Positions 9,803-17,628 of a stretch of 24,000 nucleotides of DNA are shown here, piece by piece (within the stretch, counting starts at the first letter, position 1; each line of letters begins with the position of its first letter). The stretch comes from Sedimentisphaeraceae bacterium JB056 (GTDB taxonomy: Bacteria; Planctomycetota; Phycisphaerae; Sedimentisphaerales; Sedimentisphaeraceae): NCBI GenBank assembly GCA_044440125.1, contig JBITAJ010000028.1, forward strand, positions 444 to 24,443. Reading direction: 5' to 3'. A program made the translations under genes and the position numbers. The notes under the pieces were generated by a model, which had not been told where the DNA came from, made no database searches, and saw nothing but the letters and a program-made list of their open reading frames with translations.

Positions 9803-10114
9803 CTATTTTTCTTTTATCAGTGCACCGACAGCATTCTCTATATACTTCTCAATTTGTGCTGCCAGTTGTCTGCAATTTTTTATTGTAAAATCTTCGCTGT
9901 TTATCAACTGCCGATACCCTTGATCCGGAGTACGATAAACATTAACACGAATAGTAGAATAGCTCTCTGCCAGAGAACAGTAGAATTTTTCAGTATGTTC
10001 AACAACTTCAACGTTCCACTTCTCGCTAACAAAGACAAGCTTTTCACCAGTATAAACCGCCGTGGGAAAATACTCTATAAGCTGTTCAAGATAATTTTTC
10101 TTATCTGTCTCCAT
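9803..10114 (-). CDS. Hypothetical soluble protein, 103 aa, no recognisable family
   Basis: A clean ORF with a single Met, mildly acidic, with no TM segment or signal peptide. It is preceded by its own near-consensus promoter and sits in the gap between pyrD and fbaB. Coding status rests on ORF length and context only. Confidence 0.55.
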   Translation of the reverse strand: METDKKNYLEQLIEYFPTAVYTGEKLVFVSEKWNVEVVEHTEKFYCSLAESYSTIRVNVYRTPDQGYRQLINSEDFTIKNCRQLAAQIEKYIENAVGALIKEK

Positions 10115-10122
10115 TATCTACC

Positions 10123-10151
10123 ATTATGCCCGATAGCTATCAAATTGTCAA
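10123..10151 (-). promoter_or_regulatory. Sigma-70-type promoter with a palindromic operator candidate upstream of the 103-aa ORF
   Basis: On the minus strand: TTGACA (10151-10146), a 17-nt spacer, then CATAAT (10128-10123). The spacer holds the perfect 10-bp palindrome GATAGCTATC (10132-10141). The ORF's ATG (10114) lies only 8 nt past the -10 element. Confidence 0.55.
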
Positions 10152-10154
10152 TTA

Positions 10155-11090
10155 TTAATTTATAAGCGACCCAGTCAATTCTGAGAGCTTCTCAATACCA
10201 TTTTCTCTACAGTAATCAGCAAGTCCTGTTATAAGCCTCTCACAAGTGGAAGGATCGGCAAAACTCGCAGTCCCAATACTTACAACCGCTGCTCCGGCTA
10301 TCATGAACTCCAATATATCATTAACGGTTCGTATTCCGCCAAGCCCCATAATAGGTATACCGGCATCTTTGGCAACCTCATTATACACCTTGTTAACAAG
10401 ATAAACCGCTATAGGTTTGATTGCCGCTCCCGAAAGTCCGCCTGTTCTGTTGGAAAGTACCGGTTTACGTTTTTTAGTATCGATCACCATTGCAGTAAAT
10501 GTATTCACAAGACTGAGAGCATCCGCCCCGCCTTCAACAGCCGCTGCCGCAGTAACACTTATATCTGTAACTGTAGGCGTAAGCTTGACGATCAGAGGTT
10601 TACCTCCGCAAACAGCTTTAACTTCAGACGTTATCTTCTTTATAGCTGAAGGGTCCGTACCAAAAGAAATGCCGCCTTTTTTGACATTTGGACAACTTAT
10701 ATTCAGCTCAAAGCCGGCTATCGACTTCTGCAGGGCAAGCTTCTCCGTAACATCTACATAGTCATCAATAGTCTGACCGGCAAGATTGACAAATACAGGA
10801 ACCGAATATTCTTCAATCAAAGGCATTTTCTCGGCAAGAAACCTGTCAAGCCCGATATTTGCAAGACCTATGGCATTGAGCATACCACTGCTGGTCTCAA
10901 CAATTCGAGGCACACCATTACCCTTACGAGGGGCTATAGATATACTCTTAGTAATAAAACCGCCAAGTGCTTCGACATTCATGTAATCGGATAACTCATC
11001 AATATAGCCGCAAGTACCTGAGGCCGTAAAAACCGGATTTTTAAGATCAAGACCGGCAAATTTCACACTTAGATCAACGTTACTCATCAT
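10155..11090 (-). CDS. pyrD: Dihydroorotate dehydrogenase, class 1B catalytic subunit
   Basis: Motifs GLDLKNPVFTASGT, NISCPNV and IMGLGGI, and the gene directly follows pyrK. The track ORF starts at a TTG at 11108. The tandem ATGs at 11090 and 11087 follow AGAGGAA and are preferred. Confidence 0.94.
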   Translation of the reverse strand: MMSNVDLSVKFAGLDLKNPVFTASGTCGYIDELSDYMNVEALGGFITKSISIAPRKGNGVPRIVETSSGMLNAIGLANIGLDRFLAEKMPLIEEYSVPVFVNLAGQTIDDYVDVTEKLALQKSIAGFELNISCPNVKKGGISFGTDPSAIKKITSEVKAVCGGKPLIVKLTPTVTDISVTAAAAVEGGADALSLVNTFTAMVIDTKKRKPVLSNRTGGLSGAAIKPIAVYLVNKVYNEVAKDAGIPIMGLGGIRTVNDILEFMIAGAAVVSIGTASFADPSTCERLITGLADYCRENGIEKLSELTGSLIN

Positions 11091-11101
11091 TTCCTCTTTA
11101 T

Positions 11102-12046
11102 TTACCAAACCAGGGTCTTACTATCAAAAACAGGGCCATCTTTGCAGCAAAGCTTATATACAGTCTCGTCACCGTCACCGGTTTTGACTTCCACTGCACA
11201 ACTTTGACAAAGACCTATACCGCAAGCCATCATACGCTCGAGGCTTACCATACATTTAATGTCACGGGAATCTGCAAGCTTTGAAACAGCCTCAAGCATC
11301 GGTTCAGGGCCGCAGGCAAAGAACTCACAGCTCGATGGGTCTATAGTGTTTTCATCAAGCCACTTCTCAAGTGCACCTGTAACAAGTCCGTGAAAGCCGG
11401 CTGAGCCGTCATCTGTAGAAATTACGGATTCGGCTCCAACATTTTCGAATTCTTCTATATTATCAACCGGTTTGGAAGTTTTAAGTTTCCTCTGAACACT
11501 GATAAACGGCAAATCACTAACATTTCTGGCACCGGCAAACGCTGCTATCCTAATATCATTACGCTCGGCGGCGAGTTCTTTGGCAAAATGCTCAATTGGA
11601 GGGCAGCCTACACCACCGGCAATCATAACCGCAGTCTTGCATTCCGACGCCACCTCAAAACCATTGCCAAGAGGGCCTATCACATTAACAATATCCCCTT
11701 CGCAAAGCGATGAGAGACGAACGGTACCGGCTCCTATAACAGCATATATAATGTCAACGACAGTCTTGCCGTCTTCCTCGAATATATCAACGAAGCTGAA
11801 AGGACGTCTTAATATAGGATTACGAACCGCTGCATCCTTCAATCCTTGCGGCGTGCAGCCGGGAATAGAAAGGTTTTCTACTTGTATTTCCAGAAATTGA
11901 CCAGCTCTCGCATTGGCAAAAGCACTGGCCCCTTCGCCCCCAAACGCCATGCTGAGACGAAAATACCTCTCGCCGACCGGCCTGTTATAGACAACATTGG
12001 CAGTAAACATGCCAGCTTTTTTTTGATTTTTATCACAATTACACAT
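11102..12046 (-). CDS. pyrK: Dihydroorotate dehydrogenase electron-transfer subunit (FAD / 2Fe-2S)
   Basis: It has a ferredoxin-reductase-like fold (RRPFS, GPLGNGF, IAGGVG) and the C-terminal cluster motif CGIGLCQSCAV...CCKDGPVF. An alternative start is the ATG at 12010 (MFTANV). Confidence 0.92.
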   Translation of the reverse strand: MCNCDKNQKKAGMFTANVVYNRPVGERYFRLSMAFGGEGASAFANARAGQFLEIQVENLSIPGCTPQGLKDAAVRNPILRRPFSFVDIFEEDGKTVVDIIYAVIGAGTVRLSSLCEGDIVNVIGPLGNGFEVASECKTAVMIAGGVGCPPIEHFAKELAAERNDIRIAAFAGARNVSDLPFISVQRKLKTSKPVDNIEEFENVGAESVISTDDGSAGFHGLVTGALEKWLDENTIDPSSCEFFACGPEPMLEAVSKLADSRDIKCMVSLERMMACGIGLCQSCAVEVKTGDGDETVYKLCCKDGPVFDSKTLVW

Positions 12047-12123
12047 ATTATCTTCTTATTATCGCGGCTATAATAGCTGTTAGTTGAAAGCAGGACACCG
12101 CCGCCCCGCTAAAATCTATCAAG

Positions 12124-12151
12124 ATTATACACGTACCCTTGAATTAGTAAA
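12124..12151 (-). promoter_or_regulatory. Candidate promoter for pyrK-pyrD
   Basis: On the minus strand: TTTACT (12151-12146), a 16-nt spacer, then the consensus TATAAT (12129-12124). This would give a leader of about 70 nt containing a GC-rich patch. Confidence 0.45.
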
Positions 12152-12354
12152 GACCAAATTAGAACCTCTGCAAGCCAGACTCATCTATTGTCATTTGAAC
12201 AGATAAATTACAATAAAGCATAACACAGAAAACTACTATACAGCAGACATTTGCAATAAAAATCAAGAAAATGCAATATACGTCCATCTAAAAGTCATAA
12301 GTTAGAAACTGGATTTTCAGCTCTTCAAAGGAGCTTTTGCAAGTTTATGGGAAA

Positions 12355-12412
12355 AATATCAATAAATATCATCATAGTTAAGTATAATATCAAAAAATAT
12401 CAAAAAAATATC
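12355..12412 (+). repeat. Five phased AAAATATCAA-like direct repeats upstream of mraZ
   Basis: The core AATATC starts at 12355, 12365, 12386, 12396 and 12407, giving spacings of 10, 21, 10 and 11 bp. Each copy is preceded by an A-run, and the last copy abuts the -35 hexamer. Confidence 0.8.
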
Positions 12413-12441
12413 TTGACTTAATTTCTGCATTATGCTACTTT
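12413..12441 (+). promoter_or_regulatory. Candidate mraZ (dcw) promoter
   Basis: TTGACT (12413-12418), a 17-nt spacer, then TACTTT (12436-12441). The -10 is preceded by TGC, an extended -10 TGn element. Confidence 0.5.
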
Positions 12442-12502
12442 TAACTTTAAGCTTGTTAGGGTTCTCATGGAAGTGAACTTATCTCACGGAAGAGATATAT
12501 GT

Positions 12503-13009
12503 ATGGATGCATTAATTACTGGTGACATAAAACATTCGATCGATTCAAGTAATCGATTATTCGTCAGCAAGAAGCTGCGAAGCCAGATGGGCGGTGACGA
12601 GGCAGGCTTGGTGGTCTACCTCGTCCCCGGCGTTAACTCTGCCGGTGCCCTGTATACAGAGCAAGCTTTTAGAAGGTATGTGTACTCTACACCTGTTAGT
12701 GAAATGGATGATCCGGTTGCATATGAGCGTATGATGTTTTCGATGGCTCACAAATTTGAGCTTGATAAGAGTGGAAGGATTCAACTCACAGAAGAACTCA
12801 TCAATCTCTACGACTTCAAAGACAACCTGTCATTATTAGGTGTGGGCGATCATATTGAAATATGGAATACCGATGATTGGTACCAGTACCGCAAGGAACA
12901 GTTTGCAAAATTCCAAAAGCAGACAAGAGCGGCTCGAAGCAGGACTTTCGAGACCAACCGCAAGGAAGCGAACTCGCTGGCATCATCATCTAAAGAGAGT
13001 GAAGGATAA
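12503..13009 (+). CDS. mraZ: Transcriptional regulator MraZ
   Basis: It has two SpoVT/AbrB-type halves with DxxxR motifs (IDSSNRL and LDKSGRI) and occupies the first position of the dcw cluster. The ATG at 12503 (GGAAGAG upstream) gives the usual Met-to-DxxxR spacing. The track ORF starts 12 codons earlier, at 12467. A basic, Ser-rich C-terminal tail of about 25-30 aa exceeds typical MraZ length. Confidence 0.88.
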   Translation: MDALITGDIKHSIDSSNRLFVSKKLRSQMGGDEAGLVVYLVPGVNSAGALYTEQAFRRYVYSTPVSEMDDPVAYERMMFSMAHKFELDKSGRIQLTEELINLYDFKDNLSLLGVGDHIEIWNTDDWYQYRKEQFAKFQKQTRAARSRTFETNRKEANSLASSSKESEG

Positions 13010-13112
13010 GCCTTAAACGGCCCTGGTCATGGACGACCTCCTTCAATTCGAGTTTAATGGCTGCAAGCATAGTACTTACAGCTAAGTTTAAAAACTGAAT
13101 AAAGGTGAATTA

Positions 13113-13997
13113 ATGAACGATGTGCCAGCAAAGCACATTCCCGTTTTAGCTGATACCCTTCTTCAGCAGATAAGTCTTCCCAAGGACGCGGTTATGGTAG
13201 ACGCAACCATCGGGCAAGGAGGCCACGCATATCTGCTTGCGAAGAAGTTTGAGTCGGTAAGCCATATCATAGGATTTGATGTGGATCCCGGCAGTATAGA
13301 AGTGGCAAGAGAGAACCTTGAGATTCTCGATTGCAAAGTAACGTTGATCAGGGATAATTTCAGAAATATCCGTTCAAGGATGAACGAGATCGGCGTTGAG
13401 AAAGCGGATTTAGTTCTGGCAGATCTTGGATGGTGTTCGGCTCAGGTAGTCGACCACCAACGAGGTATGAGCTATCAGGAAAATATGCCGCTGGATATGA
13501 GGCTCGATGATAGACTTGAAATATCGGCAGCCGATATAGTAAATGGTTCTAATGAAGAAGAAATCGCAGATATCATTTACCAATACGGCGAAGAAAGAGC
13601 TTCACGAAAAATAGCCAGGATGATAGTGGAACAAAGGAAGTACAGTCCTATCAGGACGACAGGACAGCTTTCAGCGATCATCTACCGGGCTGTAGGTGGG
13701 GCAATAGCCTCAAAGTCAAGGGTTTTTCAGGCATTGAGAATCGCGGTAAATAAAGAACTTGACGTTCTGCACGAGCTGCTTAATGCCCTACCCGAGCTGT
13801 TAAACCCGAATGGGTATGCTGCGATCATAAGCTTCCATAGTCTGGAAGACAGGATCGTAAAAGAAAATTTTAATAAAAACAAAAAAGATAAGATATACGA
13901 AGTTGTAACGAAGAAACCGCTTACCGCCTCCAAAGGGGAAATACGCGATAATCCGCGATCGAGAAGCGCCAAACTCAGAATTGCCAAAAGGCTTTAA
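13113..13997 (+). CDS. rsmH: 16S rRNA (cytosine1402-N4)-methyltransferase
   Basis: Motifs HIPVL, DATIGQGGH, FHSLEDRIVK and NPRSRSAKLR. An AAAGGTGA RBS lies 5 nt upstream, and the gene sits after mraZ as expected. Confidence 0.96.
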   Translation: MNDVPAKHIPVLADTLLQQISLPKDAVMVDATIGQGGHAYLLAKKFESVSHIIGFDVDPGSIEVARENLEILDCKVTLIRDNFRNIRSRMNEIGVEKADLVLADLGWCSAQVVDHQRGMSYQENMPLDMRLDDRLEISAADIVNGSNEEEIADIIYQYGEERASRKIARMIVEQRKYSPIRTTGQLSAIIYRAVGGAIASKSRVFQALRIAVNKELDVLHELLNALPELLNPNGYAAIISFHSLEDRIVKENFNKNKKDKIYEVVTKKPLTASKGEIRDNPRSRSAKLRIAKRL

Positions 13998-14060
13998 GAT
14001 TGAAGCGGATACGATGGATGGCTGCGAGAGTAAGGTAAGCATTGACAGGAGTTTGGACAA

Positions 14061-14873
14061 ATGTCAGTAAGAGATAAAATAGTACTGCTTAGTGCCTTGA
14101 TTGTAATTGTCGGTGGTGCACTAATAATAAATGGACGGTTCAATGCCGAACTCGTCAACAACGACAACTCCAATGATTTATCATCGAAGGAGTCTTTTGC
14201 TTTCCCCAGGCAGCTCTCTATCAAAGACATTGACACTCTTAATGATGCAAGAGGTGCAGTAGAAATCATTAAAGAGAAAACACAAAAGATTGCCGAAGTC
14301 CCCTCTCAGTTGAAAATAACCAAACAGGCGACAGAAATAAAGCCTGCCATAGAAAAGAGAATCATACGCAAGGAAGCTTTTGCGGCAGTAAGAGCCACCG
14401 CAGAAGTCCAGACACCTGCAAAAGTTCAAAAAGCTGCGGTAACAGGGCCTACTTATACTGTACAAAAGGGACAAACATTAACAGATATCGCAATATCTGT
14501 GTACAATACCAAATCAAACGCAATAAAGAACGCCCGCAAAATCTATGAGTTCAACAAGGACATACTTCCAAGTATGGATAAAATAAAAGTCGGACAGAAA
14601 TTAAGAATACCTCCTGACGCAGCAGACGATCAGAGCAAACTTAAGATGCTGGCCGATTCCATGCAGGACAAAGTTCAGTTTATGAGCTCTAAGTATGTCG
14701 CTGCCCCCAAAGGCAAGCTTTACGTAGTCAAAAAAGGTGACAGCCTTTGGACTATCGCTCAAAACAGCCTTGGCAATGGAAGCAGATACAAAGAGATTAT
14801 TGAAGTCAATAAAGGTCTGCTTGGCAAAGGGAACAGCATCTCTCCAGGTATGGCAATAATAATTCCTAACTGA
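14061..14873 (+). CDS. Membrane-anchored protein with two LysM peptidoglycan-binding domains
   Basis: 270 aa. It has an N-terminal TM anchor (KIVLLSALIVIVGGALII), a linker of about 100 aa rich in Lys, Glu, Ala and Gln, and two LysM repeats. LysM1 is aa 132-184 (YTVQKGQTLTDIA...VGQKLRIP) and LysM2 is aa 221-269 (YVVKKGDSLWTIA...PGMAIIIP). Confidence 0.85.
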   Translation: MSVRDKIVLLSALIVIVGGALIINGRFNAELVNNDNSNDLSSKESFAFPRQLSIKDIDTLNDARGAVEIIKEKTQKIAEVPSQLKITKQATEIKPAIEKRIIRKEAFAAVRATAEVQTPAKVQKAAVTGPTYTVQKGQTLTDIAISVYNTKSNAIKNARKIYEFNKDILPSMDKIKVGQKLRIPPDAADDQSKLKMLADSMQDKVQFMSSKYVAAPKGKLYVVKKGDSLWTIAQNSLGNGSRYKEIIEVNKGLLGKGNSISPGMAIIIPN

Positions 14874-14886
14874 AACGATTAGCACT

Positions 14887-15129
14887 ATGATGTTACTAAT
14901 TCGTTTCATCTTTGCCGCCGCCTGCGTTACAACATTCCTTATTTTCACGGTGTATATACGCACAGAAAACCCTCGAATTTTCTACCAATGCCGTCACAGC
15001 AAGGTACAGAAAGACAGGATTGAACAAGATCTGCGCCTTATGAAAATAGAAATCGAAAGCTTTAAGAATCCCGTTGACATAAAGGACGTCATCGAAAAGG
15101 CAGATGAAAGCACAACCGAAGAAAACTGA
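14887..15129 (+). CDS. ftsL: FtsL-like cell division protein (positional call)
   Basis: 80 aa with an N-terminal TM segment (LLIRFIFAAACVTTFLIFTVYI) followed by a heptad-like charged helix (QKDRIEQDLRLMKIEIESFK). It lies immediately upstream of ftsI and overlaps it by 26 nt. There is no clear RBS and no diagnostic sequence motif. Confidence 0.55.
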   Translation: MMLLIRFIFAAACVTTFLIFTVYIRTENPRIFYQCRHSKVQKDRIEQDLRLMKIEIESFKNPVDIKDVIEKADESTTEEN

Positions 15130-16951
15130 TAAGAGGATTAAATTAAACTTTTCACGCATAGACTACTGGTTCAGACTGTGCATGGTTATGCTTATCTTTA
15201 TTTCTGCAGCGGTTGCTCTTACCTACAGATGTTTTCAGCTTGGCGATTATAAGACAACAAAAGACTCCCAAGCTCTCCAGAATCTGCAAAGAATAAAAGT
15301 CAAACTCGAACCGCAAAAAGGATTGATTGTTGACACCGAAGGCAGACTGCTTGCCGCCAATAAGCAAGTCAGCACATTATTTGTTGATCCTGTTTTCCTG
15401 ATGTCAGAACCAAATCAGTTACTGCTGACAGAAAAATTCAACCAATTCAAAGAAATCGAGAACACACTCGACTTGCCGCCTTATAAGATCGAAGATACAA
15501 TATTCAACCATCCCAATGATCGATACTGGCCCATCAAACCTGAACTCACAAAGGAACAAGTAGGTTTCGTAAAAAGTAAAAACGTAAAAGGATTAGGGGT
15601 AGTCGAAAGCGGTTCAAAACGAGATTACATCACAGGAGAACTTTTCAGTCATATTATAGGATTTGCCAGCAGCAATAAGAAATTTTCCGAAGGTCTTGAA
15701 AGCATTTATTATGATGAGCTAACCGGTCAGAGCGGCTACGAAACATATCTCGGCGACCGATCACGACGCCCTATTAATCTCTACGGCGAAAGCAAACAAC
15801 CAGTCCACGGCGTAAGTCTTATATTAACCGCTGATGCCGTAATACAACTGTACGCCCGTGAAGCACTTCATAAGCGATGCAAGGAATATGAAGCAGAAAG
15901 CGGAATGGCCATCGTAATGAATCCAGAAAACGGTGCAATACTGGCTATGACAAATTACCCTGACTTTGACCCAACCGCGTTGGCTGACTCGGAAATACCT
16001 GCCAGGCGTAATCGCGCAGTCACTGATGTTTACGAACCTGGAAGCATCATGAAACCGATAGTCTGTGCAATAGCACTCGATATGGGAGTCATCAACAAAA
16101 ACACGGTGATCTACTGCGAAAAAGGCCAATACTGTGGCAAGGGTTTCGGTTGCATCGGCGAATACGGCAACCATTCTTACGGCAATCTCACTGTTGCAGG
16201 TATCATACAGCATTCAAGCAATATCGGAATGGCAAAACTAGGGCAGAAGATGGGAGCAAAACGACTTTATAATGCTCTGCGGATGTTTGGATTTGGTGAT
16301 GAGGTAACTCATAAAAAAATAACGGATTGGACCCCTGAAGAACAGAAAAATAAAGAGATTTCAGAATTTCTGGGTGAAAGGGAAGGTCTGCTTAATCGCC
16401 TGGAACGCTGGAATGGATACAGTATAACTCGCGTGCCATACGGCCAGGAAATAGGCGTTACCGCACTTCAAATAGCGAAAGCATATTGTATTCTAGCCAA
16501 CGGCGGCCGTGACGTACAGCCGCATATCGTAAGGGCATTTGTAGACAGTAATGGAGCAAATGTAATAACCGAGCCCCCTTCTGCAGGAGCCGGATATATA
16601 ATTAAACCGGAAGTCGCGGATTATATCGTTAAAAAAGCAATGGTAGATGTGGTTAACAGCAGCGATGGTACCGGCAAAAAAGCGGCACTTGATGACTATA
16701 CCGTATTCGGCAAAACAGGTACAGCAAACATATCAGTCAATAAAGGATATGACAGCCAGAATTATGTTGCCTCATTCGTAGGCGGAGCACCGGCAGAAGA
16801 CCCGAGAGTTATCGTACTGGTATCAATAGTCAAGCCAAATAGAAGGCTTGGCAAAGGATACACAGGCGGAACAGTATCAGGGCCGGTAGTTGCCGAAATC
16901 ATCGACAAAACCTTAAAGTACATGAAAATCCCACCGGAAAACAAGGACTAA
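15104..16951 (+). CDS. ftsI: Class B penicillin-binding protein, peptidoglycan D,D-transpeptidase
   Basis: 615 aa with an N-terminal TM anchor and the transpeptidase triad SxxK (GSIMKP), SxN (HSSNIG) and KTG (GKTGTA), in the dcw position after ftsL. Confidence 0.92.
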   Translation: MKAQPKKTDKRIKLNFSRIDYWFRLCMVMLIFISAAVALTYRCFQLGDYKTTKDSQALQNLQRIKVKLEPQKGLIVDTEGRLLAANKQVSTLFVDPVFLMSEPNQLLLTEKFNQFKEIENTLDLPPYKIEDTIFNHPNDRYWPIKPELTKEQVGFVKSKNVKGLGVVESGSKRDYITGELFSHIIGFASSNKKFSEGLESIYYDELTGQSGYETYLGDRSRRPINLYGESKQPVHGVSLILTADAVIQLYAREALHKRCKEYEAESGMAIVMNPENGAILAMTNYPDFDPTALADSEIPARRNRAVTDVYEPGSIMKPIVCAIALDMGVINKNTVIYCEKGQYCGKGFGCIGEYGNHSYGNLTVAGIIQHSSNIGMAKLGQKMGAKRLYNALRMFGFGDEVTHKKITDWTPEEQKNKEISEFLGEREGLLNRLERWNGYSITRVPYGQEIGVTALQIAKAYCILANGGRDVQPHIVRAFVDSNGANVITEPPSAGAGYIIKPEVADYIVKKAMVDVVNSSDGTGKKAALDDYTVFGKTGTANISVNKGYDSQNYVASFVGGAPAEDPRVIVLVSIVKPNRRLGKGYTGGTVSGPVVAEIIDKTLKYMKIPPENKD

Positions 16952-16985
16952 AAAAGGGACATACGGCATAAACCGCGAATCCCTT
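16950..16985 (-). terminator. Hairpin with a U-tract on the minus strand, a candidate terminator for the nitroreductase gene (and possibly ftsI)
   Basis: AAGGGA (16954-16959) pairs with TCCCTT (16980-16985), with an inner CGG/CCG pairing. Read on the minus strand, the stem is followed by TTTTTT. On the plus strand it is followed only by ATTAC. Confidence 0.4.
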
Positions 16986-17031
16986 ATTACTACTTGCTAC
17001 GAACTTCGAACTACGAACTTCTAAAGCCTTT

Positions 17032-17565
17032 TTACTCCCCGTATTTATTGAACCATGCTCTTTGGGCAAACGGTATTTTGTCCGGCTGCTGACGCTCTTC
17101 AAGCGGCATACCTACCGGCAGCAATATACGCACTATCTTGTCCTCGGGCAAACCGACCCACTTGCCGATTTTCTCGTTCCTGTTCTCACGGCGAAGCCAG
17201 CCGTCAACCCATACAGCCGCATATCCCATATTAGTAATCGCAAGCAGCATGTTCTCAACCGCCGCCGCACAATCCTCAACCTGAAACGACAACCCCTCGA
17301 AAACCGGCTGCGGATCTTTATCAATCACACAAAGGATATACGCTGCTGCACTTTTCACCGCAGGATTGGCACCTTCGATAGAGGAAATCTTACTAACAAG
17401 CTCTGCATCGTCAACAATAACAAACTCGGTAGTCTGACGATTGCACCCAGAAGGAGCAATAAGCCCAGCCTCAACTATTTTTGTAAGATCATCACGGCTA
17501 ACAGCTTCAGTAGAAAACTCCCCGCGATAACTATGCCGCTTCTTCAAAACATCAAATAATTCCAT
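17032..17565 (-). CDS. Nitroreductase family protein
   Basis: 177 aa. The N-terminal VLKKRHSYRGEF and APSGCNRQ are typical of the FMN nitroreductase fold. An AGAGGGA RBS lies 5 nt upstream. Confidence 0.85.
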   Translation of the reverse strand: MELFDVLKKRHSYRGEFSTEAVSRDDLTKIVEAGLIAPSGCNRQTTEFVIVDDAELVSKISSIEGANPAVKSAAAYILCVIDKDPQPVFEGLSFQVEDCAAAVENMLLAITNMGYAAVWVDGWLRRENRNEKIGKWVGLPEDKIVRILLPVGMPLEERQQPDKIPFAQRAWFNKYGE

Positions 17566-17628
17566 TATATCCCTCTTTCTAATCTATAGGCTCAACATCA
17601 ATGTACTTAAACTTCGAAAAAAACTTCT

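Noticed and set aside
12047-12123. A PyrR-type binding loop or attenuator in the pyrK leader.
   Set aside because: I could not find the conserved PyrR loop sequence (ARUCCAGAGAGGYU-like) or a terminator/antiterminator pair with a U-tract. I kept it only as a generic structured-leader observation.
12319-12340. A small hairpin, AGCTC-TTCAAAG-GAGCT, followed by TTTT in the mraZ upstream region.
   Set aside because: The stem is only 5 bp, and no upstream plus-strand gene exists for it to terminate. It is likely fortuitous.
12347-12421. A 24-codon ORF (MGKISINIIIVKYNIKKYQKNILT) running through the AATATC repeat array.
   Set aside because: Its reading frame is a by-product of the AT-rich repeats. 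It overlaps the proposed -35 element and has no RBS. The repeats are better explained as regulatory DNA.
16997-17021. An 11-bp direct repeat, CTACGAACTTC, present twice (period 14) between ftsI and the nitroreductase gene.
   Set aside because: There are only two short copies, with no spacer-array structure and no flanking inverted repeats. It is not CRISPR- or IS-like and is probably incidental 3'-UTR sequence.
17062-17559. A 165-aa plus-strand ORF antisense to the nitroreductase gene.
   Set aside because: It overlaps a well-supported CDS completely. The sequence is Arg/Leu/Thr-rich without motifs and there is no RBS.
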